Sequence record: KJ019095.1
DNA: 64,000 bases
Strand: one strand, 5' to 3'
Part shown: positions 45,450 to 56,794 of the stretch, in pieces
Layout of the letters: each line of letters begins with the position of its first letter
How positions within the stretch are numbered: position 1 is the first letter of the stretch
The notes under the pieces: model-generated
What the model was told of the DNA's origin: nothing
Database searches by the model: none
Seen by the model: only the letters and a program-made list of their open reading frames with translations
Made by a program: the position numbers and the translations under genes

Positions 45450-47765
45450 ATGGCATTTAAGATTAATGGCGTAGTACGCATTGATAATAGTGGCAACGGT
45501 TTTCTGGGAATTGTAACCGCTACCGACGCTAATATCACAGGAGTTCTCACTGCCACTGAGGTGGATGCGAAAGTATCATCTAAGGCAATAACTGAACAAA
45601 CAGATGGAACCGTAGATGATGTAACTGGTGCAGATGAACTATTACTATTAGATGCCGAGACTGGTGGATTACTAAGAGTATCAATAGATGAGTTCGTGCA
45701 GGGTTCAGGCATTGGAACTCTAGTAACGGACTTTGATAACTTAACTGTTACTGGTATCACAACCGTTGCCACCCTCAAAGGTATTGGATCTAATAACATC
45801 AGTGTAGGGAGCACACTTTCCTTTGCTGATGGTACAGAGATCATCATGGGTGACTCTGGTGACTTCAGTATTCATCATGATGGTGACCATACTTACCTAG
45901 ATGAGACGGGGCAGGGTAATCTAAAACTCCGTACAAATAACTTTAGAGTAACAAATATAGCAGAAACAAAACCAGCTATTACAGCACAGGTTACTTCTGG
46001 TGTTGAGTTGTATTTTGATGGTAATAAGAAGATAGAAACTACAAATACTGGTGTTCTTGTGAGTGGTATGCTCACTGCTGATAGATTAAGATCAGGTGAT
46101 ATTGCTGCTAGAAATGTAATCACACTGGGTATTACCACTATCCAAGATCATTTGGAAGTGAATGATAGTACTGGTTCTGGTACGGAATATAATCTTAATG
46201 TTAAGACTAATGGTAGTTCTACCTTTGGTGTCTTAGGTAATGGAAATATTCTACTTGGAAACAGTTCCGGTGCTCCATTCATGGCGACGAATGATCACCA
46301 CGCAACTTCCAAGAAATATGTAGATGACGCCATCGCTGATGATCCTAGCGGTGCTGCGGCTTGGGGTACTGTTGCCTCAAACAACAGTGGTGGTGCTAGT
46401 AGTATTACTTTACTGGGTGGGATGAATGTAGCAAGTGTCACAGCTGGCACATCAAATGCAAAAGGAAATTTCGTGGTTACATTTGCCACTCCAATGCCTG
46501 ATGCAAACTATTCAGTAACCGCTAGTTATAATAACGCTAATGTTAACACATATGGGGATATTAGTGTAGGTTCTAAAACAGCAAGTAGTTTTGAGGTTCA
46601 AACTTTTGAATCATCAAATCTGCCTGACTGGCAGGGGTTTGGATTTGTCGTCTTCGCAACCAATGCCCTCCCACCAACAGGCGGCACCGGCACAGATAGC
46701 TGGGCAGCTGTAGATCAAACTATTGTTAATGGTGCTTGTAATGTACCGGCAAGTTTTAACGTTGCTTCAGTAACTAGAACTGGACTGGGCCTATATGACG
46801 TGGTGTTTACAACGCCGATGCCTACTGATAAATACAGCGTTGTGGGTAGCATTACCCGAGACACATTTTCTAATTTCTGTACTTCTAATAGGTCGGCTAC
46901 TGGCTTTACAGTAAAGAACACCTATCAGAATCGCGATAACGGTGCTACTCAGTATGCAGACAACCCCTTCTCCTTCACCGTCAACGCCACCAACGCAACG
47001 CTACCTGAAACTATTACAACGGATCAGTTTACCTCTGCGTTTAATGCTCCTACCTTCAAAAACATTCTCATCAATGGAAATCTGACAATTAATCAACGTA
47101 ATGTTAATATTACATCTGTTTCTGCCGGTGAATATGGTGAAGATCGTTGGAAAAAGACATTAGGTGGGATGACGCAGATTGTTGAAGATGGTAATTATCT
47201 ACCAAGTTCTTCTTACACTTTATCTGGAACAGGTATTACTACAACTACAGCAAACTCACCTGCTTCTGGTGACTGGGACATCTCAACAACCTTTGGTGAT
47301 ATTCCTATTACTGCTCGTTCTATCCAACTTGAATATGGCAACGTAGCCTCAGCGTTTGACTTGAGACCGGTTGGGGTGGAGCTGAGTTTGTGTCATCGTT
47401 ATTTTTATAGAATAATAAGGTCCGTCAACAGCACTCCTTTTACTATTAAATCTAACAGTAACTCAAACGACATTCCCGCTGTAGGCTCGATCGAGTGTTC
47501 TTACAGTGTAGTTTTTCCAGCCACAATGAGAACCCAACCTACTGGCTCAAATTACAGTAACAACGGAGCAAATAACTATTTGGCAATTCCAGGATATAGG
47601 GCTATTACTAACTCTTTTCTGGCAAGCGATGTAAGTTTTTCATACGCATCCTCTGAAGACGCAGTAATTTTAGTGGATACGACCTTAGGGAGCATCGGAG
47701 TAGTTCAAGGAGCTGCGTTCCCGCTAGAGGCGGCTTTTAGTTATGACATCGACGCCGAACTTTAA
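45450..47765 (+). CDS. tail fibre / receptor-binding protein
   Basis: Gly/Thr-rich; DHHATSKKYVD; two tandem VASV...F.TPMP..YSV modules; NILINGN.TINQR. Confidence 0.8.
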   Translation: MAFKINGVVRIDNSGNGFLGIVTATDANITGVLTATEVDAKVSSKAITEQTDGTVDDVTGADELLLLDAETGGLLRVSIDEFVQGSGIGTLVTDFDNLTVTGITTVATLKGIGSNNISVGSTLSFADGTEIIMGDSGDFSIHHDGDHTYLDETGQGNLKLRTNNFRVTNIAETKPAITAQVTSGVELYFDGNKKIETTNTGVLVSGMLTADRLRSGDIAARNVITLGITTIQDHLEVNDSTGSGTEYNLNVKTNGSSTFGVLGNGNILLGNSSGAPFMATNDHHATSKKYVDDAIADDPSGAAAWGTVASNNSGGASSITLLGGMNVASVTAGTSNAKGNFVVTFATPMPDANYSVTASYNNANVNTYGDISVGSKTASSFEVQTFESSNLPDWQGFGFVVFATNALPPTGGTGTDSWAAVDQTIVNGACNVPASFNVASVTRTGLGLYDVVFTTPMPTDKYSVVGSITRDTFSNFCTSNRSATGFTVKNTYQNRDNGATQYADNPFSFTVNATNATLPETITTDQFTSAFNAPTFKNILINGNLTINQRNVNITSVSAGEYGEDRWKKTLGGMTQIVEDGNYLPSSSYTLSGTGITTTTANSPASGDWDISTTFGDIPITARSIQLEYGNVASAFDLRPVGVELSLCHRYFYRIIRSVNSTPFTIKSNSNSNDIPAVGSIECSYSVVFPATMRTQPTGSNYSNNGANNYLAIPGYRAITNSFLASDVSFSYASSEDAVILVDTTLGSIGVVQGAAFPLEAAFSYDIDAEL

Positions 47766-47807
47766 ACTCCTTAATTCCTTACAATAGAACTATCACACTT
47801 TAAAACT

Positions 47808-48050
47808 ATGGCTTATACTTACGCATTTACTGATGCTGATAACAACAGCATCAAACGCACTGATGAAGACGGTAACGTTGCATTCGTTCCAGTCGCAGAA
47901 GGCAATCGTGACTACGCAGAATATCTATCCTCTGGTATCACTGCCGATGCATACGTAGCACCACCGGAACCAGAACCCCTTACTCCAGAAGAGAAACTAG
48001 CCAACTCTGGACTGACAGTTGATGAGCTAAAGAGTTTGTTAGATCTATAG
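47808..48050 (+). CDS. tail fibre assembly chaperone-like protein
   Basis: Follows the fibre gene; FVP...GNRDYAEYL. Confidence 0.65.
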   Translation: MAYTYAFTDADNNSIKRTDEDGNVAFVPVAEGNRDYAEYLSSGITADAYVAPPEPEPLTPEEKLANSGLTVDELKSLLDL

Positions 48051-48051
48051 G

Positions 48052-48109
48052 TGTGACAGCCAGCAAACTGGCACAGGGGGTTGGCACCCTGGGGAATGTG
48101 TGTTATAAT
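48052..48109 (+). promoter_or_regulatory. psbA promoter with upstream inverted repeat
   Basis: TGTGACAG-8-CTGGCACA, then TTGGCA-17-TATAAT. Confidence 0.8.
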
Positions 48110-48157
48110 AAACACATAAATAAGATATGTAAAGTTCTTATTACAACACTTCCATCT

Positions 48158-48257
48158 AACCGAGACCTACGGGGAAGTAAAATACGTCTCTAATACCTAC
48201 ACCGGAGGGTGGTGTAGGAATAATACTATCGTCAGCTCCCCCTGGCACTACTTACCC
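48158..48257 (+). ncRNA. structured psbA 5' UTR, probably PhotoRC-II motif
   Basis: GAGAC/GTCTC and CCTACACC/GGTGTAGG stems upstream of psbA; family name from memory. Confidence 0.65.
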
Positions 48258-48267
48258 TTTTTACACA

Positions 48268-49347
48268 ATGGCTTCAACACTTACACGCCGTCAAGGCGCA
48301 TCTATCTGGGATCAGTTTTGTTCCTGGGTCACATCAACCAACAATCGTCTTTACGTCGGTTGGTTCGGTGTTCTAATGATTCCTACATTGTTAGCCGCAA
48401 CTGTATGTTTCATTATCGCTTTCGTGGGTGCTCCCCCAGTGGACATCGACGGAATCCGTGAACCAGTAGCTGGTTCACTCATGTATGGAAACAACATCAT
48501 CTCTGGTGCAGTTGTTCCTAGTTCAAACGCAATCGGTTTACACTTCTACCCCATCTGGGAAGCTGCATCACTTGATGAATGGCTTTACAATGGTGGTCCT
48601 TTCCAACTAGTTGTCTTCCACTTCCTTATCGGTATCTACGCCTATATGGGACGTGAATGGGAACTCTCTTATCGTTTAGGTATGAGACCTTGGATCTGTG
48701 TAGCATACTCTGCACCAGTTGCAGCAGCTTCAGCAGTATTCCTAGTCTATCCTTTCGGTCAAGGTTCATTCTCAGACGCGATGCCCTTGGGTATCTCTGG
48801 AACATTCAACTACATGTTGGTCTTCCAAGCAGAACATAACATCTTGATGCACCCCTTCCACATGTTGGGAGTCGCAGGTGTCTTCGGTGGTTCATTGTTC
48901 TCAGCGATGCATGGTTCACTTGTTACCTCTTCACTTGTCCGTGAGACAACTGAAACTGAGTCACAGAACTATGGTTACAAGTTCGGTCAAGAAGAAGAGA
49001 CCTATAACATCGTGGCAGCCCATGGCTACTTCGGTCGTTTGATCTTCCAATACGCTTCATTCAACAACTCACGCTCACTCCACTTCTTCTTAGCCGCATG
49101 GCCAGTTGTGGGTATCTGGTTCACCGCACTTGGTGTTTCCACAATGGCATTCAACCTCAATGGTTTCAACTTCAACCAGTCTGTTATCGACGGACAAGGT
49201 AGAGTATTGAACACCTGGGCGGATGTTCTTAACAGAGCTGGTCTTGGGATGGAAGTAATGCATGAGAGAAATGCACACAACTTCCCACTAGATTTGGCAG
49301 CAGCTGAGTCCACACCAGTGGCTCTAATTGCACCATCTGTTGGTTGA
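48268..49347 (+). CDS. psbA: photosystem II D1 protein (Glu130 form, no intron)
   Basis: Full-length 359 aa; [13 protein letters not shown]. Confidence 0.99.
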   Translation: MASTLTRRQGASIWDQFCSWVTSTNNRLYVGWFGVLMIPTLLAATVCFIIAFVGAPPVDIDGIREPVAGSLMYGNNIISGAVVPSSNAIGLHFYPIWEAASLDEWLYNGGPFQLVVFHFLIGIYAYMGREWELSYRLGMRPWICVAYSAPVAAASAVFLVYPFGQGSFSDAMPLGISGTFNYMLVFQAEHNILMHPFHMLGVAGVFGGSLFSAMHGSLVTSSLVRETTETESQNYGYKFGQEEETYNIVAAHGYFGRLIFQYASFNNSRSLHFFLAAWPVVGIWFTALGVSTMAFNLNGFNFNQSVIDGQGRVLNTWADVLNRAGLGMEVMHERNAHNFPLDLAAAESTPVALIAPSVG

Positions 49348-49368
49348 TCACTCAACCTGTGGTATGAT

Positions 49369-49400
49369 AAAGGGGGACTTCGGTCCCCTTTCTTTTTCTT
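49369..49400 (+). terminator. psbA terminator
   Basis: GGGGAC-TTCG-GTCCCC plus T-run. Confidence 0.85.
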
Positions 49401-49417
49401 TTGTAATGTAAAGTTTT

Positions 49418-49648
49418 ATGTCTCACGATCTAATCGAATTGCTCACTTACTATGTGATCGGTGGTGCCCTTATCATAGGACCACCCGCTATCTTTCTCAT
49501 CATTGCTATGATGGCAGCACTCCAAAATACGAAAGGTCGCATGGTTGGATACAAAGATCACAAAACTTATGGTGATTCATCCATCTACGATCCGGCACCA
49601 AAATTGCCAGTAGATCAAACAAAATTCTTCTTGGAACTTAACAACTGA
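49418..49648 (+). CDS. hypothetical membrane protein
   Basis: ORF track; one TM segment. Confidence 0.7.
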   Translation: MSHDLIELLTYYVIGGALIIGPPAIFLIIAMMAALQNTKGRMVGYKDHKTYGDSSIYDPAPKLPVDQTKFFLELNN

Positions 49649-49659
49649 GGTAAACAAAA

Positions 49660-50715
49660 ATGACGACAAGTACACTTACAACACCACAAAGGGGGTGGTT
49701 TGATCTACTGGACGATTGGATCAAGAGAGATAGATTTATCTTTATTGGTTGGTCTGGACTTCTCCTTCTCCCCTGTGCATATCTCTCTATTGGCGGATGG
49801 CTCACTGGAACGACATTCGTAACTTCATGGTATACGCATGGACTCGCCTCCTCTTATTTGGAAGGTGCAAACTTCTTGACGGCGGCTGTCTCGACTCCTG
49901 CTGATGCTATGGGTCATTCTCTCCTTCTACTTTGGGGTCCTGAATCTCAGGGCGACTTCCAGCGGTGGCTCCAACTTGGAGGGCTTTGGTCATTTGTTGC
50001 TCTCCATGGTGCCTTCGCTCTAATTGGATTCATGCTTCGTCAGTTTGAACTGGCAAGACTCATTGGTATCCGTCCCTACAACGCTATTGCATTCAGTGGT
50101 CCTATCGCTGTATTTGTCAGTGTGTTTCTTCTATACCCACTAGGTCAATCTTCCTGGTTCTTTGCCCCCTCCTTTGGTGTGGCAGCAATCTTTAGATTCC
50201 TATTGTTTCTTCAGGGTTTCCACAACTGGACACTGAACCCCTTCCATATGATGGGAGTTGCTGGTATACTAGGTGGAGCACTACTATCTGCAATCCATGG
50301 CGTTACTGTTGAAAATACCCTATATGAAGATGGAGAACAGAACAACACCTTCACTGCGTTCGATTCCACGCAGGAGGAAGAGACCTATTCGATGGTTACT
50401 GCGAACCGCTTCTGGTCGCAAATCTTCGGGGTTGCGTTTAGTAATAAGCGTTGGCTTCACTTCTTTATGTTGTTTGTTCCTGTCATGGGTCTTTGGGTCT
50501 CAAGTATTGGGATCATTGGGCTTGCTCTTAATCTTCGTGCTTATGATTTTGTGAGCCAAGAGATTAGAGCAGCAGAAGATCCTGAGTTTGAAACTTTCTA
50601 CACAAAGAACATCCTTCTTAACGAAGGACTAAGAGCATGGATGGCACCTGTGGATCAACCACATGAGTCATTTGTATTCCCAGAAGAAGTTCTACCTAGA
50701 GGTAACGCATTGTGA
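49660..50715 (+). CDS. psbD: photosystem II D2 protein
   Basis: 351 aa; WLKR-like WIKRDRF...[10 protein letters not shown]. Confidence 0.99.
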   Translation: MTTSTLTTPQRGWFDLLDDWIKRDRFIFIGWSGLLLLPCAYLSIGGWLTGTTFVTSWYTHGLASSYLEGANFLTAAVSTPADAMGHSLLLLWGPESQGDFQRWLQLGGLWSFVALHGAFALIGFMLRQFELARLIGIRPYNAIAFSGPIAVFVSVFLLYPLGQSSWFFAPSFGVAAIFRFLLFLQGFHNWTLNPFHMMGVAGILGGALLSAIHGVTVENTLYEDGEQNNTFTAFDSTQEEETYSMVTANRFWSQIFGVAFSNKRWLHFFMLFVPVMGLWVSSIGIIGLALNLRAYDFVSQEIRAAEDPEFETFYTKNILLNEGLRAWMAPVDQPHESFVFPEEVLPRGNAL

Positions 50716-50957
50716 TTAACGCACTCTTCACTTTTATATTTGCTGCGGTGATGTGGGTGCAAGTCCCACAGTGGCAGGATGATTGGTCTAAGTGCGCAGT
50801 AGATGTACCTGATGTTCAATGTCATTGGTATATCACAGCACCCGATAGCACCATGGGTGAAGGATTTAGTTGGGCGAATGCCCCTTGGTTCAGTGCTGAA
50901 GGTCTCCTTGATATTGGAGAACTTCACAACACAGTTCAATCACTTCAGGAGGCATGA
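50712..50957 (+). CDS. conserved cyanophage hypothetical protein
   Basis: ORF track; coupled to psbD. Confidence 0.75.
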   Translation: MINALFTFIFAAVMWVQVPQWQDDWSKCAVDVPDVQCHWYITAPDSTMGEGFSWANAPWFSAEGLLDIGELHNTVQSLQEA

Positions 50958-51169
50958 TGAATATATTATTTTTAGTATTATACTTCGTCTGTTTCTGTCT
51001 CATTGCAGGTGGTGCCGCAGCTATGATGTATGCAAACATACAATCTATCTGGAACACACCACCCGCTCCACCTAAACCAATTCATCCTGAGGCACCTGTA
51101 GCAGGTGAAGAGGTTATGTATGTCGATCTAACAAGAGAAAAACTGGAAGATTTGTACCATGAACATTGA
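50954..51169 (+). CDS. hypothetical membrane protein
   Basis: ORF track. Confidence 0.7.
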   Translation: MMNILFLVLYFVCFCLIAGGAAAMMYANIQSIWNTPPAPPKPIHPEAPVAGEEVMYVDLTREKLEDLYHEH

Positions 51170-51281
51170 ATACCTTTTAGGTTGGGTTGCTATTCTTGTT
51201 TTGTTTATAGCAACACAGAATACTGATGATGACGATGATCCAGAAGGTGGTATGATGGTTCCTTCCACTCAATCTACATAA
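51159..51281 (+). CDS. 40-aa membrane peptide
   Basis: Manual translation ...TDDDDDPEGGMMVP... Confidence 0.6.
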   Translation: MNIEYLLGWVAILVLFIATQNTDDDDDPEGGMMVPSTQST

Positions 51282-51405
51282 CAAAACTACAAGGGGATTG
51301 CTAACAATCCTCTTTTTTTGTATCGTTATTTTGTTTGATTGTTATATATTGTGTGTATTTTCACACAAACCATATACATAGAGTGTAGAGCAAAGAGGAA
51401 GTATT

Positions 51406-51606
51406 ATGTTATCGCATAATCTTATTTCACATAACCAACTAGAAGGTTGGCGTGAATCTTTTCAGAAGATAGATAAATCTACCAATAGAACAACAGACGA
51501 ACTAAACCTAATTAATGATTACTATGATTGCTTAATAGAGTGTGATGATAACCAATCAGCATGTAAGCGTATCTGTAAACATGTATTGACATCTCCACCA
51601 ATTTAA
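51406..51606 (+). CDS. Cys-rich small protein
   Basis: YYDCLIEC...CKRIC; GAGG SD; followed by a terminator. Confidence 0.75.
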   Translation: MLSHNLISHNQLEGWRESFQKIDKSTNRTTDELNLINDYYDCLIECDDNQSACKRICKHVLTSPPI

Positions 51607-51645
51607 ATATGTTAGAATGGAGGGTATAACAACCCTCTTTTTTTT

Positions 51646-51813
51646 ATGCGATTCGATTTAACCATGGATGATTATGCCATCATCCTCAACGCATTACACT
51701 ATTATAAGAAAGTAGAGAAGCGTGGCAACTTCAAGCAGTATAATGAGGAGCGAGTTAACGATCTTAGGGACCGAATGGCCCACCAAATCGTCTGGGAACA
51801 GGGTGAAGAGTAG
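51646..51813 (+). CDS. 55-aa hypothetical protein
   Basis: Manual translation MRFDLTMDDYAIILNALHYYKK... Confidence 0.6.
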   Translation: MRFDLTMDDYAIILNALHYYKKVEKRGNFKQYNEERVNDLRDRMAHQIVWEQGEE

Positions 51814-51928
51814 CAAATACCACCATTTTCAGGAACCTCTCACCAAACCTTTGGGATACACTATGGGAAAACGGGTTGTTGATCGCCTATAATAAGGGGG
51901 TAGAACACAACTGGAGAGAAAATCCACT

Positions 51929-52693
<765 letters not shown>

Positions 52694-52763
52694 TCACTCA
52701 ACCTGTGATATGATAAAAGGGGACTTCGGTCCCCTTTCTTTTTCTTTTGTAATGTAAAGTTTT

Positions 52764-52994
52764 ATGTCTCACGATCTAATCGAATTGCTCACTTACTATG
52801 TGATCGGTGGTGCCCTTATCATAGGACCACCCGCTATCTTTCTCATCATTGCTATGATGGCAGCACTCCAAAATACGAAAGGTCGCATGGTTGGATACAA
52901 AGATCACAAAACTTATGGTGATTCATCCATCTACGATCCGGCACCAAAATTGCCAGTAGATCAAACAAAATTCTTCTTGGAACTTAACAACTGA
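52764..52994 (+). CDS. duplicate of 49418-49648
   Basis: Identical translation. Confidence 0.6.
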   Translation: MSHDLIELLTYYVIGGALIIGPPAIFLIIAMMAALQNTKGRMVGYKDHKTYGDSSIYDPAPKLPVDQTKFFLELNN

Positions 52995-53005
52995 GGTAAA
53001 CAAAA

Positions 53006-54061
53006 ATGACGACAAGTACACTTACAACACCACAAAGGGGGTGGTTTGATCTACTGGACGATTGGATCAAGAGAGATAGATTTATCTTTATTGGTTGGTC
53101 TGGACTTCTCCTTCTCCCCTGTGCATATCTCTCTATTGGCGGATGGCTCACTGGAACGACATTCGTAACTTCATGGTATACGCATGGACTCGCCTCCTCT
53201 TATTTGGAAGGTGCAAACTTCTTGACGGCGGCTGTCTCGACTCCTGCTGATGCTATGGGTCATTCTCTCCTTCTACTTTGGGGTCCTGAATCTCAGGGCG
53301 ACTTCCAGCGGTGGCTCCAACTTGGAGGGCTTTGGTCATTTGTTGCTCTCCATGGTGCCTTCGCTCTAATTGGATTCATGCTTCGTCAGTTTGAACTGGC
53401 AAGACTCATTGGTATCCGTCCCTACAACGCTATTGCATTCAGTGGTCCTATCGCTGTATTTGTCAGTGTGTTTCTTCTATACCCACTAGGTCAATCTTCC
53501 TGGTTCTTTGCCCCCTCCTTTGGTGTGGCAGCAATCTTTAGATTCCTATTGTTTCTTCAGGGTTTCCACAACTGGACACTGAACCCCTTCCATATGATGG
53601 GAGTTGCTGGTATACTAGGTGGAGCACTACTATCTGCAATCCATGGCGTTACTGTTGAAAATACCCTATATGAAGATGGAGAACAGAACAACACCTTCAC
53701 TGCGTTCGATTCCACGCAGGAGGAAGAGACCTATTCGATGGTTACTGCGAACCGCTTCTGGTCGCAAATCTTCGGGGTTGCGTTTAGTAATAAGCGTTGG
53801 CTTCACTTCTTTATGTTGTTTGTTCCTGTCATGGGTCTTTGGGTCTCAAGTATTGGGATCATTGGGCTTGCTCTTAATCTTCGTGCTTATGATTTTGTGA
53901 GCCAAGAGATTAGAGCAGCAGAAGATCCTGAGTTTGAAACTTTCTACACAAAGAACATCCTTCTTAACGAAGGACTAAGAGCATGGATGGCACCTGTGGA
54001 TCAACCACATGAGTCATTTGTATTCCCAGAAGAAGTTCTACCTAGAGGTAACGCATTGTGA
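53006..54061 (+). CDS. psbD: photosystem II D2 protein (duplicate copy)
   Basis: Identical translation to 49660-50715. Confidence 0.85.
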   Translation: MTTSTLTTPQRGWFDLLDDWIKRDRFIFIGWSGLLLLPCAYLSIGGWLTGTTFVTSWYTHGLASSYLEGANFLTAAVSTPADAMGHSLLLLWGPESQGDFQRWLQLGGLWSFVALHGAFALIGFMLRQFELARLIGIRPYNAIAFSGPIAVFVSVFLLYPLGQSSWFFAPSFGVAAIFRFLLFLQGFHNWTLNPFHMMGVAGILGGALLSAIHGVTVENTLYEDGEQNNTFTAFDSTQEEETYSMVTANRFWSQIFGVAFSNKRWLHFFMLFVPVMGLWVSSIGIIGLALNLRAYDFVSQEIRAAEDPEFETFYTKNILLNEGLRAWMAPVDQPHESFVFPEEVLPRGNAL

Positions 54062-54303
54062 TTAACGCACTCTTCACTTTTATATTTGCTGCGGTGATGT
54101 GGGTGCAAGTCCCACAGTGGCAGGATGATTGGTCTAAGTGCGCAGTAGATGTACCTGATGTTCAATGTCATTGGTATATCACAGCACCCGATAGCACCAT
54201 GGGTGAAGGATTTAGTTGGGCGAATGCCCCTTGGTTCAGTGCTGAAGGTCTCCTTGATATTGGAGAACTTCACAACACAGTTCAATCACTTCAGGAGGCA
54301 TGA
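54058..54303 (+). CDS. duplicate of 50712-50957
   Basis: Identical translation. Confidence 0.6.
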   Translation: MINALFTFIFAAVMWVQVPQWQDDWSKCAVDVPDVQCHWYITAPDSTMGEGFSWANAPWFSAEGLLDIGELHNTVQSLQEA

Positions 54304-54515
54304 TGAATATATTATTTTTAGTATTATACTTCGTCTGTTTCTGTCTCATTGCAGGTGGTGCCGCAGCTATGATGTATGCAAACATACAATCTATCTGGAA
54401 CACACCACCCGCTCCACCTAAACCAATTCATCCTGAGGCACCTGTAGCAGGTGAAGAGGTTATGTATGTCGATCTAACAAGAGAAAAACTGGAAGATTTG
54501 TACCATGAACATTGA
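54300..54515 (+). CDS. duplicate of 50954-51169
   Basis: Identical translation. Confidence 0.6.
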   Translation: MMNILFLVLYFVCFCLIAGGAAAMMYANIQSIWNTPPAPPKPIHPEAPVAGEEVMYVDLTREKLEDLYHEH

Positions 54516-54627
54516 ATACCTTTTAGGTTGGGTTGCTATTCTTGTTTTGTTTATAGCAACACAGAATACTGATGATGACGATGATCCAGAAGGTGGTATG
54601 ATGGTTCCTTCCACTCAATCTACATAA
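54505..54627 (+). CDS. duplicate of 51159-51281
   Basis: Same sequence at offset 3346. Confidence 0.5.
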   Translation: MNIEYLLGWVAILVLFIATQNTDDDDDPEGGMMVPSTQST

Positions 54628-54751
54628 CAAAACTACAAGGGGATTGCTAACAATCCTCTTTTTTTGTATCGTTATTTTGTTTGATTGTTATATATTGTGT
54701 GTATTTTCACACAAACCATATACATAGAGTGTAGAGCAAAGAGGAAGTATT

Positions 54752-54952
54752 ATGTTATCGCATAATCTTATTTCACATAACCAACTAGAAGGTTGGCGTG
54801 AATCTTTTCAGAAGATAGATAAATCTACCAATAGAACAACAGACGAACTAAACCTAATTAATGATTACTATGATTGCTTAATAGAGTGTGATGATAACCA
54901 ATCAGCATGTAAGCGTATCTGTAAACATGTATTGACATCTCCACCAATTTAA
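54752..54952 (+). CDS. duplicate of 51406-51606
   Basis: Identical translation. Confidence 0.6.
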   Translation: MLSHNLISHNQLEGWRESFQKIDKSTNRTTDELNLINDYYDCLIECDDNQSACKRICKHVLTSPPI

Positions 54953-54991
54953 ATATGTTAGAATGGAGGGTATAACAACCCTCTTTTTTTT

Positions 54992-55159
54992 ATGCGATTC
55001 GATTTAACCATGGATGATTATGCCATCATCCTCAACGCATTACACTATTATAAGAAAGTAGAGAAGCGTGGCAACTTCAAGCAGTATAATGAGGAGCGAG
55101 TTAACGATCTTAGGGACCGAATGGCCCACCAAATCGTCTGGGAACAGGGTGAAGAGTAG
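54992..55159 (+). CDS. duplicate of 51646-51813
   Basis: Same sequence at offset 3346. Confidence 0.5.
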   Translation: MRFDLTMDDYAIILNALHYYKKVEKRGNFKQYNEERVNDLRDRMAHQIVWEQGEE

Positions 55160-55274
55160 CAAATACCACCATTTTCAGGAACCTCTCACCAAACCTTTGG
55201 GATACACTATGGGAAAACGGGTTGTTGATCGCCTATAATAAGGGGGTAGAACACAACTGGAGAGAAAATCCACT

Positions 55275-55655
55275 ATGAAAATCCAACAATCAATGCTTCG
55301 TCGTCTCGCCGCTAAGAAAGGAAAGACGCAGAACGGATTCACACTAATTGAACTGATGGTGGTTGTTGCTATCGTTGGTGTCCTGTCCGCTGTAGCACTT
55401 CCTCAACTCACTAAAGCACAAGACCGTGCTAAGTCCGCAGCCGCATCTTCCACCGCATTAAACGCTGCTAAGACTTGTTCAATCGCTATCATCGGCGGTG
55501 ATTCTACAGAGGGTGACGTCGCTGAAGTTACCACAGGGGACGTTACCAATGGAGCGATCACTTGTGCTGATGATGCCGAATTCGTATTCATCGGTGGCGG
55601 AGACACATGGACAGTAGCGATGGATGACGGCATTCCCGGTAACCCTTCTAAGTAA
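55275..55655 (+). CDS. type IV pilin (prepilin with class III signal peptide)
   Basis: Basic leader then NG|FTLIELMVVVAIVGVLSAVALP; two Cys in the C-terminal domain. Confidence 0.92.
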   Translation: MKIQQSMLRRLAAKKGKTQNGFTLIELMVVVAIVGVLSAVALPQLTKAQDRAKSAAASSTALNAAKTCSIAIIGGDSTEGDVAEVTTGDVTNGAITCADDAEFVFIGGGDTWTVAMDDGIPGNPSK

Positions 55656-55661
55656 AAATCA

Positions 55662-56225
55662 ATGAACCTAATGTCCGCTCTGGTAGGACTTAGTGTTATG
55701 GGGGCTGCGGCTCCCTCAATAACACAAATGTCCATCGCACCATTCGAAGCTCAAAAGAGAGCACAAAACCTTGGAGTCGCTGAAACTGCTGCTGTAGTAT
55801 TCGCCGCTACTTACGAAGGTAAGCTCGAACTCCCAGAAGATACAGACACCTGTGTATCAAAGTTACGTGAAGGTACTGCAAACGCTTTTAGCGTTACCTG
55901 TACTGAAGGTGATGGTAAGTATGTCCAAAGTGTCACTCGTGCCTTCCGTCTAGCTGTACCTGATTCAGAACTAGATGGTGGTAATGGAACTGATACAAGC
56001 AGAGAGTTTGCATTTGAAACTCCTACTCGTTTCTCAGGACACCAATGTCCAATTCACGACAGATGGGGAACTAATGGATACAACGATAGAAATTACTCTG
56101 CCTTAGGTGGAGCTTGTATTCCTAACGATGGTTGGAATCAAACTAATTATCAGTTCTCTAATCCAGACGCTTGGCTTTATGACATCAACAACCGTAATGG
56201 TTGGGGAGCACATCCTGACTACTAA
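55662..56225 (+). CDS. pilin-like protein lacking a cleavable leader
   Basis: Starts directly with hydrophobic helix MNLMSALVGLSVMGAAAP; four Cys. Confidence 0.6.
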   Translation: MNLMSALVGLSVMGAAAPSITQMSIAPFEAQKRAQNLGVAETAAVVFAATYEGKLELPEDTDTCVSKLREGTANAFSVTCTEGDGKYVQSVTRAFRLAVPDSELDGGNGTDTSREFAFETPTRFSGHQCPIHDRWGTNGYNDRNYSALGGACIPNDGWNQTNYQFSNPDAWLYDINNRNGWGAHPDY

Positions 56226-56407
56226 TGATTGAGTTACTCGCATCTAGCATTATCATTTACGGTAATGCCAACGGGGTGTGGTCTCCCTCACATCCCGATA
56301 TTTATCCTTATTCAGAACCACCTACACGAGTAGAAAAACCTGAAACTCCAAAAACATCTACGACTAGCGGAAATGGAGATATCATTTTCCCTCAACTATT
56401 AGAATAA
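56225..56407 (+). CDS. small hypothetical protein
   Basis: ORF track; coupled; ends before the terminator. Confidence 0.6.
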   Translation: MIELLASSIIIYGNANGVWSPSHPDIYPYSEPPTRVEKPETPKTSTTSGNGDIIFPQLLE

Positions 56408-56428
56408 CTAAAACTAGGAAACACACAC

Positions 56429-56451
56429 AGGAGGGCAACCCTCCTTTTTTT
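56429..56451 (+). terminator. terminator of the pilin cassette
   Basis: AGGAGGG-CAA-CCCTCCT plus T-run; TATAAT follows at 56456. Confidence 0.8.
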
Positions 56452-56466
56452 GTGCTATAATTACTA

Positions 56467-56766
56467 GTGAGTTGTGAGACTACTATGGATGAAAGAATAA
56501 GAACTTTATATGTCTTTCAGTCAGAAGAGCGTCTTATAACTCATGACGGGCATGTTCAACTAGGTTGTCACAACATGACTATGGAAGAGTTTATGTCTTT
56601 CGATAGGGAGAATATCCGATACATCGAAACCTACTGGTTGCCTGATGTATTTGGAAATAGGTATAAGCGTTCTAACTTCCAAGCACACCAGAGGGTATCT
56701 GGGGAGAAGGGTGTATTAGAACTATCCAATAACCAACCAGAAAACAGACTTGATAGGTCTGTATAA
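56467..56766 (+). CDS. conserved cyanophage hypothetical protein
   Basis: ORF track. Confidence 0.7.
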   Translation: MSCETTMDERIRTLYVFQSEERLITHDGHVQLGCHNMTMEEFMSFDRENIRYIETYWLPDVFGNRYKRSNFQAHQRVSGEKGVLELSNNQPENRLDRSV

Positions 56767-56794
56767 GGCACCTATATACACAAAAAGGATTCCT

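Noticed and set aside
48268-49660. psbA group I intron or homing endonuclease between psbA and psbD
   Set aside because: psbA is continuous and the intervening 76-aa ORF is a TM protein with no nuclease motif
51406-51606. CP12
   Set aside because: Cys spacing differs and the AWD.VEE core and C-terminal C-x8-C-x-x-Y-D motifs are absent
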